In this document: piece by piece, positions 20,798-31,651 of the stretch
Numbering within the stretch: position 1 is the first letter of the stretch
Layout: the number at the start of each line of letters is the position of its first letter
Assembly (NCBI RefSeq): GCF_000953395.1
Contig: NZ_LN649236.1
Span: forward strand, 120,001 to 152,000
Direction of reading: 5' to 3'
DNA: 32,000 bases
Source of the DNA: Candidatus Portiera aleyrodidarum
Lineage (GTDB): Bacteria > Pseudomonadota > Gammaproteobacteria > Johnevansiales > Johnevansiaceae
Notes under the pieces: generated by a model
What the model was told of the DNA's origin: nothing
The model's input: the letters and a program-made list of their open reading frames with translations, nothing else
Database searches by the model: none
Translations under genes and position numbers: made by a program

Positions 20798-21652
20798 TTA
20801 ATGTTTTTTTACATCAATAAATATCATTAAATTAAAACAAATAATAATAAATATTGATATTAAAAATATTTTTTTAGTAACCACTTCAAATCTTTCACTT
20901 TTATAATTTAATATCGCTATTAATAACCAATAAATACTAATTAATGTCATTAAAATTAAATACATATATCCAGTATAACCATTTAAAAATAACATTATTT
21001 CTGCAATTATAAATAATATAATATATATTATTATATGTTTTTTTGTTTTTAATAAACCTTTACTTATTGGAAATACTGGTAGTTTGACTAACATATATTC
21101 ATTTTTTTTTAATATAGCAATTGAATATGAATGTGGAATTTGCCATAACCAATAAATTAATAAAATTATTATTGCTGCTAAATCTATTTTATTACTAATA
21201 GAACAATATCCCATTATTGGAGGAAGTGCTCCAGCCAAACTACCTATTAATGTACTATATGCAGAATTTCTTTTATAATATAAACTATACATTAATATAT
21301 ATATTAATATTCCTATTAATGATAAACATATCACTAATATATTTGTTATTTTATAAAGTATTATTATACCTATTATTAATAATATATAAGCATAATTTAT
21401 AGCCTTTTTTATAAAACTAAATTCTTTTACTAATACTCTAGTTTTTGTTCTTAACATTATACTATCAATATCTAAATCTATATAATTATTTATAATACAA
21501 CTAGATGCTATAATTAATATTATACCTAATAAACTTCCTAATAATATTTTTATATTCCATTTATAAGATAAAAAAATTCCTCCTAATATAGATATTAAAT
21601 TTCCTATAATAATTTTAGGTTTTATTATTAATAAATATTTTTTATTTACCAT
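20798..21652 (-). CDS. cyoE: Protoheme IX farnesyltransferase (heme O synthase)
   Basis: 284-aa polytopic ORF. KPKIIIGNLISILGGIFLS, NNYIDLDIDSIMLRTKTRVLV and GSLAGALPPIMGYC match E. coli CyoE ([55 protein letters not shown]). Confidence 0.94.
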   Translation of the reverse strand: MVNKKYLLIIKPKIIIGNLISILGGIFLSYKWNIKILLGSLLGIILIIASSCIINNYIDLDIDSIMLRTKTRVLVKEFSFIKKAINYAYILLIIGIIILYKITNILVICLSLIGILIYILMYSLYYKRNSAYSTLIGSLAGALPPIMGYCSISNKIDLAAIIILLIYWLWQIPHSYSIAILKKNEYMLVKLPVFPISKGLLKTKKHIIIYIILFIIAEIMLFLNGYTGYMYLILMTLISIYWLLIAILNYKSERFEVVTKKIFLISIFIIICFNLMIFIDVKKH

Positions 21653-21929
21653 TTATATTATACATAATCCATAATGAACCACCTATTATTATACTTATTA
21701 TTATTACTGTAAATAATAAAGATCCAATATATATATTTTTATCTAATATAGATATTTCTTTTATATTTATAAAAAATAGAATTTGAACAATTATTTGTAT
21801 TATTGCAAATAATACAATTATTATTTTTATTACAACAATATATGCTAATATTGTTAATATTAATGATATTATAAATCCAATTATACAATCTTTTATATGC
21901 TTTTCATTTAATATTTTTAAATTTTTCAT
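21642..21929 (-). CDS. cyoD: Cytochrome bo3 ubiquinol oxidase subunit IV
   Basis: I place the start at the ATG at 21929..21927, which overlaps the cyoC TGA as ATGA and gives 95 aa. IKDCIIGFIISLILTILAYIVV and GGSLWIMYNIN match E. coli CyoD [22 protein letters not shown] and VGSIWIMWNLN. The longer ORF-track start at 22010 would add 27 residues with no homology, laid over the conserved cyoC C-terminus. Confidence 0.85.
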   Translation of the reverse strand: MKNLKILNEKHIKDCIIGFIISLILTILAYIVVIKIIIVLFAIIQIIVQILFFINIKEISILDKNIYIGSLLFTVIIISIIIGGSLWIMYNINGK

Positions 21930-22480
21930 ATCTTTACCCCTATTAAATATACTATTGTATAAATACTCACCCATATTATATGTAAAAAATGCCAAAAAAT
22001 ACTTAAACATAATAAACTCGTTTTATTTTTTATATTTAACCCTTTTAAAAAAATATTTATTAATAAACCTATCCCCCAATATATTCCTATTATAATATGT
22101 ATACAATGTGTTCCTATTAATGTAATATACGCTGAAATTAAACTACTTGTTTTCGGTGTAAATCCTTTATTTATTAAATTAATAATTTCTTTCATTTCTA
22201 AAAATACAAATATTACCCCTAATAATAAAACTATTAATAAATTAAATACAATTTTTTCTTTTTTTAAAACTAATATACCTATAATAAAACTACTTAATAA
22301 TAATATTAATGTTTCTATATTTACCATATACATATTATATATAATATTTTTTTTACTTAATAAAACATATACAGCAAAGATTACAGAAAATATTATACAA
22401 TCACTTAAAATATATATCCAAAAACCTAATAAGATTTTATTATTATATTTTTTTTCACTTACATTGTCTATTTTATACAT
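21926..22480 (-). CDS. cyoC: Cytochrome bo3 ubiquinol oxidase subunit III
   Basis: 184-aa [18 protein letters not shown] and [25 protein letters not shown] match E. coli CyoC FGFWIYLMSDCILFS and [25 protein letters not shown]. Confidence 0.94.
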   Translation of the reverse strand: MYKIDNVSEKKYNNKILLGFWIYILSDCIIFSVIFAVYVLLSKKNIIYNMYMVNIETLILLLSSFIIGILVLKKEKIVFNLLIVLLLGVIFVFLEMKEIINLINKGFTPKTSSLISAYITLIGTHCIHIIIGIYWGIGLLINIFLKGLNIKNKTSLLCLSIFWHFLHIIWVSIYTIVYLIGVKI

Positions 22481-24449
22481 TGTTTATACCATTTTTCACT
22501 TCTATAAAAGTTTTTTCATTTGTTTTTATTTCATCAACATTTATATAATAATATTTCTTTTTACTATATATATACAACAGATATGTAATTATTATTCCTA
22601 TAAATCCTAAAATAGATAACCACCAAATATACCAAACCATTGAAAAACTCAAAATTAAACTAAATAAAGAAATTATAAACGCTTTACTAGTATCTTTAGG
22701 CATTTTTATTTTTTTATATTTATTTTTTTTTACATATTGTCTTTTTTTTATAACCCAAAAATGATCCCTATCAATTACATTTGGTATATTTGCAAAATTA
22801 TAACTTGGAGGAGGAGAAGATATACTCCATTCTAATGTTCTTCCATTCCACATATCACCTGAAGAATCTTTATTTTTATCTTTTTCTATTATACTTATAA
22901 TTACTTGGAATACTTGACCAAGTATTCCAAATAAAATTATTATTGTTCCAAACATTGCTATTAATAATAATCTATGCCAAATATGATTATTATAATAACT
23001 TACCCTTCTTGTCATTCCTAATAACCCCAAAATATATAAAGGAACAAATGCTACAACTAAACCTATTAACCAACAAAAAAATGTATATTTCCCTATTTTT
23101 TCATTTAATTTAAAACCAACTATTTTAGGAAACCAATAATTGAAACCTGCTAAATATCCAAATATTACACCTCCTATTATAACATTATGAAAATGTGCTA
23201 CTAAAAATAAACTATTATGTAATAAAAAATCAACCCCAGGTATAGATAATACTACTCCCGCCATCCCTCCTATACTAAATGCTATTAAAAACCCTACTGT
23301 CCATAACATTGGAATACTAAATTCTATTTTTCCTTTATACATTGTAAATAACCAATTAAATATTTTTACTCCTGTTGGTATTGAAATTATCATAGTAGAT
23401 ATACCAAAAAAAGCATTTACATCTGCACCTGCACCCATTGTAAAAAAATGATGCAACCATACTAGAAAGGATAATCCTGTTATTACACAAGTAGCATATA
23501 CTAATGATTTATAACCAAATAACCGTTTTTTACAAAAAGTAGCTACTACTTCTGAAAATATACCAAATGCAGGTAAAATTAATATATAAACTTCTGGATG
23601 TCCCCATGCCCAAATAAGATTTACATACATCATTGGGTTTCCACCAAAATGATTAGTAAAAATTTGCATATCTAAATATCTATCTAATGTTAATAAACCA
23701 ATAGTAGCAGTTAATATAGGAAAAGACATAATTATTAAAATATTACTACATAATATTGTCCATGTAAAAATAGGTAATCTCATAAAATACATTCCTGGTG
23801 CACGCATTTTTATTATTGTTACTAAAAAATTTATACCTGATATTAACGTTCCTATACCTGATACCTGTAAACTCCATATCCAATAGTCAACACCCACTCC
23901 TTTACTAAATTCTATCCCCGATAATGGTGGATACGCTAACCACCCTGTTGAAGCAAATTCCCCTATAAATAAAGAAATATTAATTAATATACCTGAAAAA
24001 ACTGTTAACCATAAACTTAATGAATTTAAAAAAGGAAACGCAACATCTCTTGCACCAATTTGTAATGGAACTATTATATTCATTAAACCAAACATAAAAG
24101 GCATAGCCATAAAAAATATCATTATTACACCATGTACTGTAAAAATTTGATCATAATGATATGAAGGTAAATACCCTATATTATCTTTATAAGCAATCAC
24201 TTGTTGTATTCTCATCATAATTGCATCTGTAAAACCCCGTATTAACATAATAAATGCAAAGATAATATAAATTATACCTATTTTTTTATGATCTAAGGTT
24301 GTTATCCAATTTTTCCAAATATCTTTCCATTTTTTTAAATACGTTATTATAATAACAATAAAAACACTAACAAAAACTACTAAGATTCCTGTAAATAAAA
24401 TTATAGGTTCTTTATAAGGTATAGATTCCCAAGTTAATCTACCTAACAT
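22473..24449 (-). CDS. cyoB: Cytochrome bo3 ubiquinol oxidase subunit I
   Basis: 658-aa heme-copper oxidase subunit I. The histidine-ligand contexts are all present ([43 protein letters not shown]), so it looks catalytically intact. Confidence 0.97.
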   Translation of the reverse strand: MLGRLTWESIPYKEPIILFTGILVVFVSVFIVIIITYLKKWKDIWKNWITTLDHKKIGIIYIIFAFIMLIRGFTDAIMMRIQQVIAYKDNIGYLPSYHYDQIFTVHGVIMIFFMAMPFMFGLMNIIVPLQIGARDVAFPFLNSLSLWLTVFSGILINISLFIGEFASTGWLAYPPLSGIEFSKGVGVDYWIWSLQVSGIGTLISGINFLVTIIKMRAPGMYFMRLPIFTWTILCSNILIIMSFPILTATIGLLTLDRYLDMQIFTNHFGGNPMMYVNLIWAWGHPEVYILILPAFGIFSEVVATFCKKRLFGYKSLVYATCVITGLSFLVWLHHFFTMGAGADVNAFFGISTMIISIPTGVKIFNWLFTMYKGKIEFSIPMLWTVGFLIAFSIGGMAGVVLSIPGVDFLLHNSLFLVAHFHNVIIGGVIFGYLAGFNYWFPKIVGFKLNEKIGKYTFFCWLIGLVVAFVPLYILGLLGMTRRVSYYNNHIWHRLLLIAMFGTIIILFGILGQVFQVIISIIEKDKNKDSSGDMWNGRTLEWSISSPPPSYNFANIPNVIDRDHFWVIKKRQYVKKNKYKKIKMPKDTSKAFIISLFSLILSFSMVWYIWWLSILGFIGIIITYLLYIYSKKKYYYINVDEIKTNEKTFIEVKNGINNV

Positions 24450-24451
24450 CT

Positions 24452-25267
24452 TTATACTCCTTTATTTATTAATAATTTTAAATATTTTTTTTCTAAAGAT
24501 GAATAATATTCTATTTTATTATTTATAGTTTCTTTTAATAATATTTTATAATTTATATTTTTTTTATATTCTTTTATTTTTTTTATCCATGTTTCAAAAT
24601 TTTTTAATGATACTACTAAAACTTTAAATTTCATACCAGAAAATCCTTTTCCACTAAAATTAGTAGACATTCCTATATAATTCCCTTGTTTATTCGACAT
24701 TAAAAAATTTTTATTTTTCATACCTGACATAGCATACATTTGACTACATAATTGTGGTATAAAAAAAGAATTCATTACTGTTTCTGATGTTATTTTCAAC
24801 TCTATCGGAACATTTATTGGTAAAACTAATTGATTAATGGTAGCTATTCCTATTTGATTATAAATAAATAACCATTTCCAATCTAACGATATTACTTCTA
24901 CATTAATTAAATTATTATTGTTATTAATAATTTTTTTTTGAGGATCTAATTCATGTGTACTTTTCCAAGTAATAATACCTAAAATTAAAATAATCATCAT
25001 CGGTACACCCCATATTACAACTTCCACTTTTTTTGAATAATCCCAATCAGGTTTATATTCTTGTTTTTTTTTTTCTCTATATTTATAAGAAAAATAAACT
25101 GTCATAAATATAACAGGTATAACAATTATTAACATTAATAATGTTGATATAAAAATTAAATACTTTTGTTCTAAACATATTTTTCCACCTGGATTTAATA
25201 TACTTATATATCCTTCATTATTTAATATTAATATAAGTAATAAAATTAAATATATTTTTTTTTTCAT
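24452..25267 (-). CDS. cyoA: Cytochrome bo3 ubiquinol oxidase subunit II
   Basis: 271-aa [17 protein letters not shown]...[26 protein letters not shown] and [13 protein letters not shown] match E. coli CyoA. It is C-terminally shorter than E. coli and lacks the lipobox cysteine. Confidence 0.94.
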   Translation of the reverse strand: MKKKIYLILLLILILNNEGYISILNPGGKICLEQKYLIFISTLLMLIIVIPVIFMTVYFSYKYREKKKQEYKPDWDYSKKVEVVIWGVPMMIILILGIITWKSTHELDPQKKIINNNNNLINVEVISLDWKWLFIYNQIGIATINQLVLPINVPIELKITSETVMNSFFIPQLCSQMYAMSGMKNKNFLMSNKQGNYIGMSTNFSGKGFSGMKFKVLVVSLKNFETWIKKIKEYKKNINYKILLKETINNKIEYYSSLEKKYLKLLINKGV

Positions 25268-25300
25268 TTATATTTCCACAATTAATTTTTATAAATATTT

Positions 25301-27049
25301 CTATTCTTCAATAAATGAACGTAATGCTTCTGAACGTGATGGATGCCTTAATTTACGTAATGCTTTTGCTTCTATTTGACGAATTCTTTCACGAGTTACA
25401 TCAAATTGTTTACCTACCTCTTCTAAGGTATGATCTGTATTCATATCTATTCCAAATCTCATTCTTAAAACTTTGGCTTCCCTAGCTGTTAATTCACTTA
25501 AAACATTTCTTGTTGCTTCCACTAATCCTTCATCTGTTGCTGCTTCTATAGGTGATGCTGTAATATTATCTTCTATAACATCACTTAAATAATAATCTTC
25601 ATCGTCACCTATAGGTGTTTCTATTGAAATAGGTTCTTTTGCAATTTTCATAATTTTTCTTATTTTCTTTTCTGAAATTTCTAGTCTATTACTTAATTCT
25701 TCAGGAGTAGGTTCTATACCTCTTTCTTGTAACATTTTTCTTGATAATCTTTTTAATCTATTTATTGTTTCTATCATATGTACTGGTATTCTTATTGTTC
25801 TAGCTTGATCGGCTATTGATCTAGTAATTGCTTGACGTATCCACCAGGTTGCGTATGTAGAAAATTTATATCCTCTACGATATTCAAATTTATCAACTGC
25901 TTTCATTAAACCTATATTACCTTCTTGAATTAAATCTAAAAATTGTAATCCACGATTTGTATATTTTTTTGCAATTGAAATTACTAATCTTAAATTAGCT
26001 TCAATCATTTCTTTTTTTGCTTTATGAGCCTTATATTCTCCTATTAACAACTTTCTATTTATTTCTTTTAATTCAACAACAGATAAATTTATTTGTTGTT
26101 GTTCTAATAATATTTTTTTTTGTGCTTTTAAAATCTCACTTCTATATTTTTTTATAATATTTTTTTTATCTGAATTATATATAAATTTATCTAACCAATT
26201 TATATTAGCTTCATTACCTATAAAACTATTTATAAATTCCTTTCTTGATACTTGGCCATATTTTACCATATATTTTAATATTACTTTTTCTTGAATTCTT
26301 ATATTTTTTATACTTAAACGAACTTTACTTAATAAACATTCAAAATGTTTGGGCAATAATTTTATTTGTGAAAATACTTTTGATAAAAACTTTAATTCTA
26401 TTTTGGTTTCTTTTGATTCATACCCATATGTTAATATAGTTATTTTTACTTTTTTATTTTGTTTACGAATTTTTTCAAATATTTTTTTTGTCAATATAGG
26501 ATCGGGTCCTTCATTATAATTTTCACTATTTAAAACATTATTTTTTTTTAATTTATCTTCTTTTTTTAAATTCATAAAACCAGTAAACAACTCCGAAATT
26601 TTGCCTTCTGATTCTTTTATTATTAAATCATAAATTTCTATTATATAATCCACTGCTCCTGGTAAATATACTATAGCTGCCATAATTTCTTTAGTACCTT
26701 CTTCTATTTTTTTTGCTATTTCTATTTCACCTTTTCTATTTAATAATTCTATATTTCCCATTTCTCTCATATATATACGTACTGGATCATTATTACGTAT
26801 ATCATTTTCTTTATTCCAAGAATTTCTTTCACTGGTTTCTTCTATATTATTATAATTTTTATCTTCTTCAGATATTTTATCAATAATATTAATTCCTTTT
26901 TCTTTAAAAATACATATGATATCCTCTATTTTTTCTCTATTAGTCATATCATCATCAAATAAATCAAAAATTTCTGAATAAATCAAAAATCCTTGTTCTT
27001 TACCTTTATTTATTAATTCTTTTATATTTAATTCTAATATTTCCAACAT
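25301..27049 (-). CDS. rpoD: RNA polymerase primary sigma factor (sigma-70)
   Basis: 582-aa ORF. Region 1.1 ([15 protein letters not shown]), region 2 ([74 protein letters not shown]) and region 4.2 ([32 protein letters not shown]) are all conserved. Confidence 0.97.
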   Translation of the reverse strand: MLEILELNIKELINKGKEQGFLIYSEIFDLFDDDMTNREKIEDIICIFKEKGINIIDKISEEDKNYNNIEETSERNSWNKENDIRNNDPVRIYMREMGNIELLNRKGEIEIAKKIEEGTKEIMAAIVYLPGAVDYIIEIYDLIIKESEGKISELFTGFMNLKKEDKLKKNNVLNSENYNEGPDPILTKKIFEKIRKQNKKVKITILTYGYESKETKIELKFLSKVFSQIKLLPKHFECLLSKVRLSIKNIRIQEKVILKYMVKYGQVSRKEFINSFIGNEANINWLDKFIYNSDKKNIIKKYRSEILKAQKKILLEQQQINLSVVELKEINRKLLIGEYKAHKAKKEMIEANLRLVISIAKKYTNRGLQFLDLIQEGNIGLMKAVDKFEYRRGYKFSTYATWWIRQAITRSIADQARTIRIPVHMIETINRLKRLSRKMLQERGIEPTPEELSNRLEISEKKIRKIMKIAKEPISIETPIGDDEDYYLSDVIEDNITASPIEAATDEGLVEATRNVLSELTAREAKVLRMRFGIDMNTDHTLEEVGKQFDVTRERIRQIEAKALRKLRHPSRSEALRSFIEE

Positions 27050-27185
27050 ATTTGTCTCTAACTTTTATTTTAATTCTTTATGTTAATAAAAATATTTTTC
27101 TTTAATCACATATTTTACACTATCTAATAATTCTTACTGTATCAATCTTCCTTCTTTACGATACCAATTTGATACATCACTTCTT

Positions 27186-27401
27186 TTAATATTTACGTTC
27201 AAAACGTTTACGTTCACGTTTCATTTTTTTCATATAACGTTTTATAGCAGCAGCTGCTTTTCTTTTACGAATAGATGTAGGTTTTTCATAAAATTCTCTA
27301 CGACGTACTTCGGATAATATACCTCCTTTTTCACAAGATCTTTTAAATCTTCTTAAAGCAATATCAAATGATTCATTTTCTCTTATTTTAATATAAGGCA
27401 T
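27186..27401 (-). CDS. rpsU: 30S ribosomal protein S21
   Basis: 71-aa [48 protein letters not shown] matches S21. GGAG lies 9 nt upstream of the ATG. It is divergent from tsaD, as in E. coli. Confidence 0.96.
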   Translation of the reverse strand: MPYIKIRENESFDIALRRFKRSCEKGGILSEVRRREFYEKPTSIRKRKAAAAIKRYMKKMKRERKRFERKY

Positions 27402-27441
27402 TTTTTCTCCTTTTTATTTTTTTCTATAATATAATATTAAC

Positions 27442-28464
27442 ATGATTATTTTAGGAATTGAAACATCTTGTGATGACACATGTATTGCAATATATGATAC
27501 TAAATATGGTTTACTTGCAAATAAAAAATATACTCAACCTATCCATACTATTTTTGGAGGTGTAATACCCAAATTTTCATCCATATATCATTTAAATAAA
27601 TTAATTCCTATTATTAAAAATTTATTATTAAAATTAAAAATTCATCAAAATAATATCAATGCTATAGCTTATACTGCTGGACCAGGATTATACAATTCAT
27701 TAATTATTGGAGCATATATTGCTTATAGTATTTCTTATACACTTACTATACCTATTATAGGTGTTCATCATTTAGAAGGACATATATTTTCAGCTATGAT
27801 TAATAAAAATCAACCTACTTTTCCTTTTATTTCTTTATTAATTTCTGGGGGTCATACTCAATTACTTGATGTTCACAATATAGGACATTATAAAATACTA
27901 GGCGAATCCTTAGATGATTCAATTGGAGAAACATTTGATAAAATAGCAAAACTGCTTAATCTATCTTATCCTGGAGGAGAAAAATTATCCAACTTAGCTA
28001 ATTGTGGTAAAATCAAAAAACACTTGTTTCCTAAAATCTTAGCTACTAATCTACATTTCAGTTTTTCTGGTATTAAAACATATATATTTAATTATTTTAA
28101 ACAATTAAATTTTAAAAAAAAACATCAATATAAAGCTAATGTAGCAAAATCCTTTGAAGAATATATTCTGAATATACTGAGTATAAAATGTTATAAAGCT
28201 TTAAGTAAATATGGTAGATCTTGTCTTATACTTTCAGGTGGTGTAAGTGCAAATAAGAATTTACGTAAAAATTTTATCAACAAATTAAAAAATAAAATTA
28301 ATAATTTTACAATTTATTTCCCCGAAAAACCTCTTTGTACAGATAATGCGGCAATGATTGCTTATGTAGGTGCTATACGTATCACTTCAGGAGAAAAAAT
28401 ACATAAAAACATTATTATACGTCCAACTTGGTCTTTAGAAAAACTTAAATATCCTTTATTTTAA
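27442..28464 (+). CDS. tsaD: tRNA N6-adenosine threonylcarbamoyltransferase TsaD (Gcp/YgjD/Kae1 family)
   Basis: 340-aa ORF. ILGIETSCDDTCIAIYD, the metal-binding GVHHLEGH and LLISGGHTQL are family signatures. It keeps the conserved divergent arrangement with rpsU and is the only plus-strand gene in the window. Confidence 0.93.
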   Translation: MIILGIETSCDDTCIAIYDTKYGLLANKKYTQPIHTIFGGVIPKFSSIYHLNKLIPIIKNLLLKLKIHQNNINAIAYTAGPGLYNSLIIGAYIAYSISYTLTIPIIGVHHLEGHIFSAMINKNQPTFPFISLLISGGHTQLLDVHNIGHYKILGESLDDSIGETFDKIAKLLNLSYPGGEKLSNLANCGKIKKHLFPKILATNLHFSFSGIKTYIFNYFKQLNFKKKHQYKANVAKSFEEYILNILSIKCYKALSKYGRSCLILSGGVSANKNLRKNFINKLKNKINNFTIYFPEKPLCTDNAAMIAYVGAIRITSGEKIHKNIIIRPTWSLEKLKYPLF

Positions 28465-29223
28465 TAAACTTCTTGTATTTGTTATTTTTACAAATTCTTT
28501 TATTGTTAATGTTTTTGCTCGTCTTTTTGGACTTATATTTAATGAATTTCTTAATCCTTTTAAATTCTTTTGTATTGTTTGCCTTTTATTTGAAAAAGAT
28601 TTTTTTACTATATAAAAAAAAGTTTTTTTATCTTTTACTCTTAAACAAGATATTTTTTTATAAGGTATTAACTTAATCATAGTTGATATTACTTTTGGTT
28701 TTGGAATAAAGTTTTCTGAACTTAAATCAAATAATTTAAACACTTTACAAAAATATTGTATAATCACTGTAAGGCTCCCCCAACTTTTTTCTCCTTTTTT
28801 AGCTGACAATCTCATTGCTACTTCTTTTTGAAACATTAAATGCATATCTTTTATATTTTTTTTATATTTTATTAATTTTAATAAAATTTTTACAGATATA
28901 TTATAAGGTAAATTTCCTATCACTCTAAGCTTTTTTATTTTACTTAAATCACTTTTTAAAATATCTTTTTTTAAAAAAATATAATTTGAATAAAAATAAA
29001 ATTTATTAAATAACATTTTTATTAAATCATTATCAATTTCTATTGAATATATTTTATTTTTTGTAATATCTAAAAGTTTTTGTGTTATTAAACCTATTCC
29101 TGAACCTATTTCTAATATATGCTCATAGGTTTTTATATTAATTATTTTAATTATATTTTTTATTATACCTTTTTTTATAATAAAGTTTTGACCTAATTCT
29201 TTTTTTATTTTAATTTTTAACAT
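28456..29223 (-). CDS. rsmA: 16S rRNA (adenine1518/1519-N6)-dimethyltransferase
   Basis: 255-aa ORF. LGQNFI, the SAM motif LEIGSGIGLIT, VIGNLPYNIS, MHLMFQKEVAMRL and PKPKV match KsgA/RsmA. Confidence 0.92.
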   Translation of the reverse strand: MLKIKIKKELGQNFIIKKGIIKNIIKIINIKTYEHILEIGSGIGLITQKLLDITKNKIYSIEIDNDLIKMLFNKFYFYSNYIFLKKDILKSDLSKIKKLRVIGNLPYNISVKILLKLIKYKKNIKDMHLMFQKEVAMRLSAKKGEKSWGSLTVIIQYFCKVFKLFDLSSENFIPKPKVISTMIKLIPYKKISCLRVKDKKTFFYIVKKSFSNKRQTIQKNLKGLRNSLNISPKRRAKTLTIKEFVKITNTRSLLK

Positions 29224-30581
29224 TATTTTAAATTTTCAAATTTAGTAAATTTTCCTATAAATCTAATATTTATAACCCCTATTGGACCATTTCTTTGTTT
29301 TCCTATTATTAACTCAGCTAAACCTTTATTATCTAAACTATCACTATTATATACTTCGTCTCTATAAATAAATAAAATTAAATCTGCATCTTGTTCTATA
29401 GCACCTGATTCTCTTAAATCGGAAATTATTGGCCTTTTATTAATACGTTGTTCTAACGATCTATTTAATTGGGATACAGCTAATACAGGACAATTAAATT
29501 CTTTAGCTATACTTTTTAAAGATCTAGAAATTTCCGAAATTTCTGCCGTACGATTATATGATATTCCAGAAACATGCATTAATTGTAAGTAATCTATCAT
29601 TATTAAACTGATTTTTCCTGTATCTCTTATACATCTTCTTATTTTTTTTCTTATTTCTATTGGGGTAAGCATTGGTGTATCATCTACATATAATTTACAA
29701 TTCTTAATTAATTTTAATGATTCCGTTAATTTTAACCAATCCTCTTCTCCTATATTACCTTTTCTTATATTATTTTGATCTATACGTCCTAATGAAGATA
29801 ACATTCGCAATATTAATTGTTCTGCAGGCATTTCCATAGAAAATATTATTACTGGATCCTCATTATTATTTAGAATAATAGATTCTACAATATTCATTGC
29901 AAAACTCGTCTTGCCCATAGATGGTCTACCAGCTATTATTATTAAATCAGATTTTTGAAAACCCGATGTCATTTTATCTAATTCAGTAAATCCTGTAATT
30001 AATCCAGTCATAGAACTTTTTGTACTATACATTTTATTTATACGATCAATTGTTCTATTTAATAATTCATTTATATTTAATATATTTTTAACTCTATATC
30101 GTGATTCTGATATTTTAAATATTAATTTTTCAGCTTTATTTATTATTTCTTGCACATTATTACCCTTTCTATTAAAAGCTTCTTCTGCTATTTTATTTGC
30201 TATACTTATTAAATTACGCAAAATTGCACGTTCTCTAACTATATCAGCATATGCCACAATATTATTTATTGACGGAGTATTTCTAGATAATTCTGATAAA
30301 TAACTTATACCACCAATTTTTTCTAACTTATTGTTTTTTTCTAACGATTCAGCCACAGTTACTATATCTATTATATTATTTTTTTCTGCTATATCTTTAA
30401 TAGCATCAAAAATATATTTATGTTCTATACTATAAAAATCTTCATTTATAATAATTTCTGATATTTTATTCCACGCTTCGTTATCAAGCATTAAACCACC
30501 TAATATTGATTGTTCTGCTTCTAATGAATGAGGAGGTATTTTTAATTTTTTTATATCTTTATCATTAATTATTTTTTTCAT
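29223..30581 (-). CDS. dnaB: Replicative DNA helicase DnaB
   Basis: 452-aa ORF. PPHSLEAEQSILGGLMLDNEAW (N-terminal domain), Walker A GRPSMGKTSFAMN, Walker B LIMIDYLQLM and SQLNRSLEQR match DnaB. The rplI-dnaB adjacency is as in Pseudomonas-type genomes. Confidence 0.96.
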   Translation of the reverse strand: MKKIINDKDIKKLKIPPHSLEAEQSILGGLMLDNEAWNKISEIIINEDFYSIEHKYIFDAIKDIAEKNNIIDIVTVAESLEKNNKLEKIGGISYLSELSRNTPSINNIVAYADIVRERAILRNLISIANKIAEEAFNRKGNNVQEIINKAEKLIFKISESRYRVKNILNINELLNRTIDRINKMYSTKSSMTGLITGFTELDKMTSGFQKSDLIIIAGRPSMGKTSFAMNIVESIILNNNEDPVIIFSMEMPAEQLILRMLSSLGRIDQNNIRKGNIGEEDWLKLTESLKLIKNCKLYVDDTPMLTPIEIRKKIRRCIRDTGKISLIMIDYLQLMHVSGISYNRTAEISEISRSLKSIAKEFNCPVLAVSQLNRSLEQRINKRPIISDLRESGAIEQDADLILFIYRDEVYNSDSLDNKGLAELIIGKQRNGPIGVINIRFIGKFTKFENLK

Positions 30582-31014
30582 TTATTTTTAAACGTTTAAT
30601 ATTTATTTTTATATTTATTTTTTCATATAATTTTATTTTATATTCTCCAATTTTTTTTATTATATTTTTATTAATCTTTATTTGATTTTTATTTATTTGT
30701 ATTCCATATTTTTCATAAATTTTTTTCGATAAATAACGCCTTCCTATCGAACCAAATAAGTTCCCTGTTGGTCCTGATTTACAAAATAATTCTATATTTA
30801 AAGTTTTTAATTTTTTTTTAATTTTGTTTATATGCAATTTATATTCATTTAAAAAGTCATTACGTTTTTCATAAAAAAACTCTATATTTTTTTTCTTTGC
30901 TATTATTGCTAAACCTTTTCTTATTAAATAATTTCTAGCATAACCCTTGTTTACATGTACTATATCACCTTTTTTTCCACTTTTTATATTTTTATCAATT
31001 AATATAACTTTCAT
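30565..31014 (-). CDS. rplI: 50S ribosomal protein L9
   Basis: 149-aa ORF. MKVILIDKNIKSGKKGDIVHVNKGYARNYLIRKGLA matches the L9 N-terminal domain. It follows rpsR. Confidence 0.93.
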   Translation of the reverse strand: MKVILIDKNIKSGKKGDIVHVNKGYARNYLIRKGLAIIAKKKNIEFFYEKRNDFLNEYKLHINKIKKKLKTLNIELFCKSGPTGNLFGSIGRRYLSKKIYEKYGIQINKNQIKINKNIIKKIGEYKIKLYEKINIKINIKRLKINEKNN

Positions 31015-31031
31015 ATCTCCACCCCATTTGT

Positions 31032-31253
31032 TTATATCTTTTTATCAGTATAAGGTAATAAACCCAAATATCTTGCTTTTTTTATTGCTTTAGTTAATTT
31101 TCTCTGGTATTTTAATTTGGTACCTGTTATTCTACTTGGAATTATTTTTCCATTATCAGAAATATATAATTTTAATATATCACTATTTTTATAATCTATT
31201 TCTTTTACTTTTTCAGCTGTAAATCTACAATATTTTTTTTTACGAAATAACAT
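31032..31253 (-). CDS. rpsR: 30S ribosomal protein S18
   Basis: 73-aa ORF. KKYCRFT......IDYKN...[31 protein letters not shown] matches S18. Confidence 0.95.
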   Translation of the reverse strand: MLFRKKKYCRFTAEKVKEIDYKNSDILKLYISDNGKIIPSRITGTKLKYQRKLTKAIKKARYLGLLPYTDKKI

Positions 31254-31272
31254 TTTTTTTGCCTATTACTCT

Positions 31273-31554
31273 TCAATTTTTTTTAACAATAATATATCTA
31301 ATTATTAATTCATTATATTTTATTTTTTTTTCTATTTGTTTTATAACATATTTTTCACATTGTATATTAATTAATATAATCTTAGCTTTTTTTTGATTTT
31401 TTATTAAATAATATAAATTTAACTTCCCTAAATCTTCAAATTTCTTTATTAATCCTTTATTTTCAATAATTATTTTTATTATTTTTTTGATAATTTCTGC
31501 TATCCAAGTATTTTTATTGACATAAAATAAAATAACTATTTCATAATTCCTCAT
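31273..31554 (-). CDS. rpsF: 30S ribosomal protein S6
   Basis: 93-aa ORF. MRNYEIVILF... matches the S6 N-terminus (E. coli MRHYEIVFMV), with the ..EDLGK..L.Y.I.K...A.. core. It is the first gene of the rpsF-rpsR-rplI string. Confidence 0.9.
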   Translation of the reverse strand: MRNYEIVILFYVNKNTWIAEIIKKIIKIIIENKGLIKKFEDLGKLNLYYLIKNQKKAKIILINIQCEKYVIKQIEKKIKYNELIIRYIIVKKN

Positions 31555-31577
31555 TTTTCTATCCTTATAATAACTAA

Positions 31578-31651
31578 CGGATCGGACGGGACTTGAACCC
31601 GCGACCTTCGGCGTGACAAGCCGATATTCTAACCAACTAAACTACCGATCC
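31578..31651 (-). tRNA. trnD: tRNA-Asp (anticodon GTC)
   Basis: Reverse complement: GGATCGG TA GTTT AGTTGGTTA GAAT A TCGGC TTGTCAC GCCGA AGGTC GCGGG TTCAAGT CCCGT CCGATCC G. Its D-arm and T-arm are very similar to E. coli tRNA-Asp. No CCA is encoded. Confidence 0.92.

Noticed and set aside
21930-22010. The longer cyoD start at 22010 given by the ORF track (122 aa).
   Set aside because: The extra 27 residues have no CyoD homology and lie over the well-conserved C-terminus of cyoC in another frame. The ATG at 21929 gives the classic ATGA stop/start overlap and a CyoD-sized protein.
27050-27185. A possible small RNA or terminator in the rpsU-rpoD spacer. Candidates were a GAAGGAAG motif reminiscent of SRP (4.5S) RNA domain IV, an 8-bp inverted repeat TGTATCAA...TTGATACA (27176-27169 / 27145-27138), and TTGATA as a -35 element.
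   Set aside because: I could not build the SRP helix-8 tetraloop and loop structure around the motif. An AT-only 8-bp stem with a 23-nt loop and no T-run is expected by chance in 136 nt of this composition. No acceptable -10 element lies 16-18 nt from TTGATA.
27425-27430. TATAAT as a feature-grade tsaD promoter, together with other TATAAT-like hexamers scattered through the window.
   Set aside because: At this AT content TATAAT-like hexamers occur by chance every few hundred bases. Without a matching -35 element they cannot be called. Only the rpsL element has both consensus hexamers.
31254-31272. Absence of priB between rpsF and rpsR.
   Set aside because: rpsF-priB-rpsR-rplI is the enterobacterial arrangement. 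Many other gammaproteobacteria, including Pseudomonas-type genomes whose gene order this window follows, lack priB here. It is not evidence of a specific loss.
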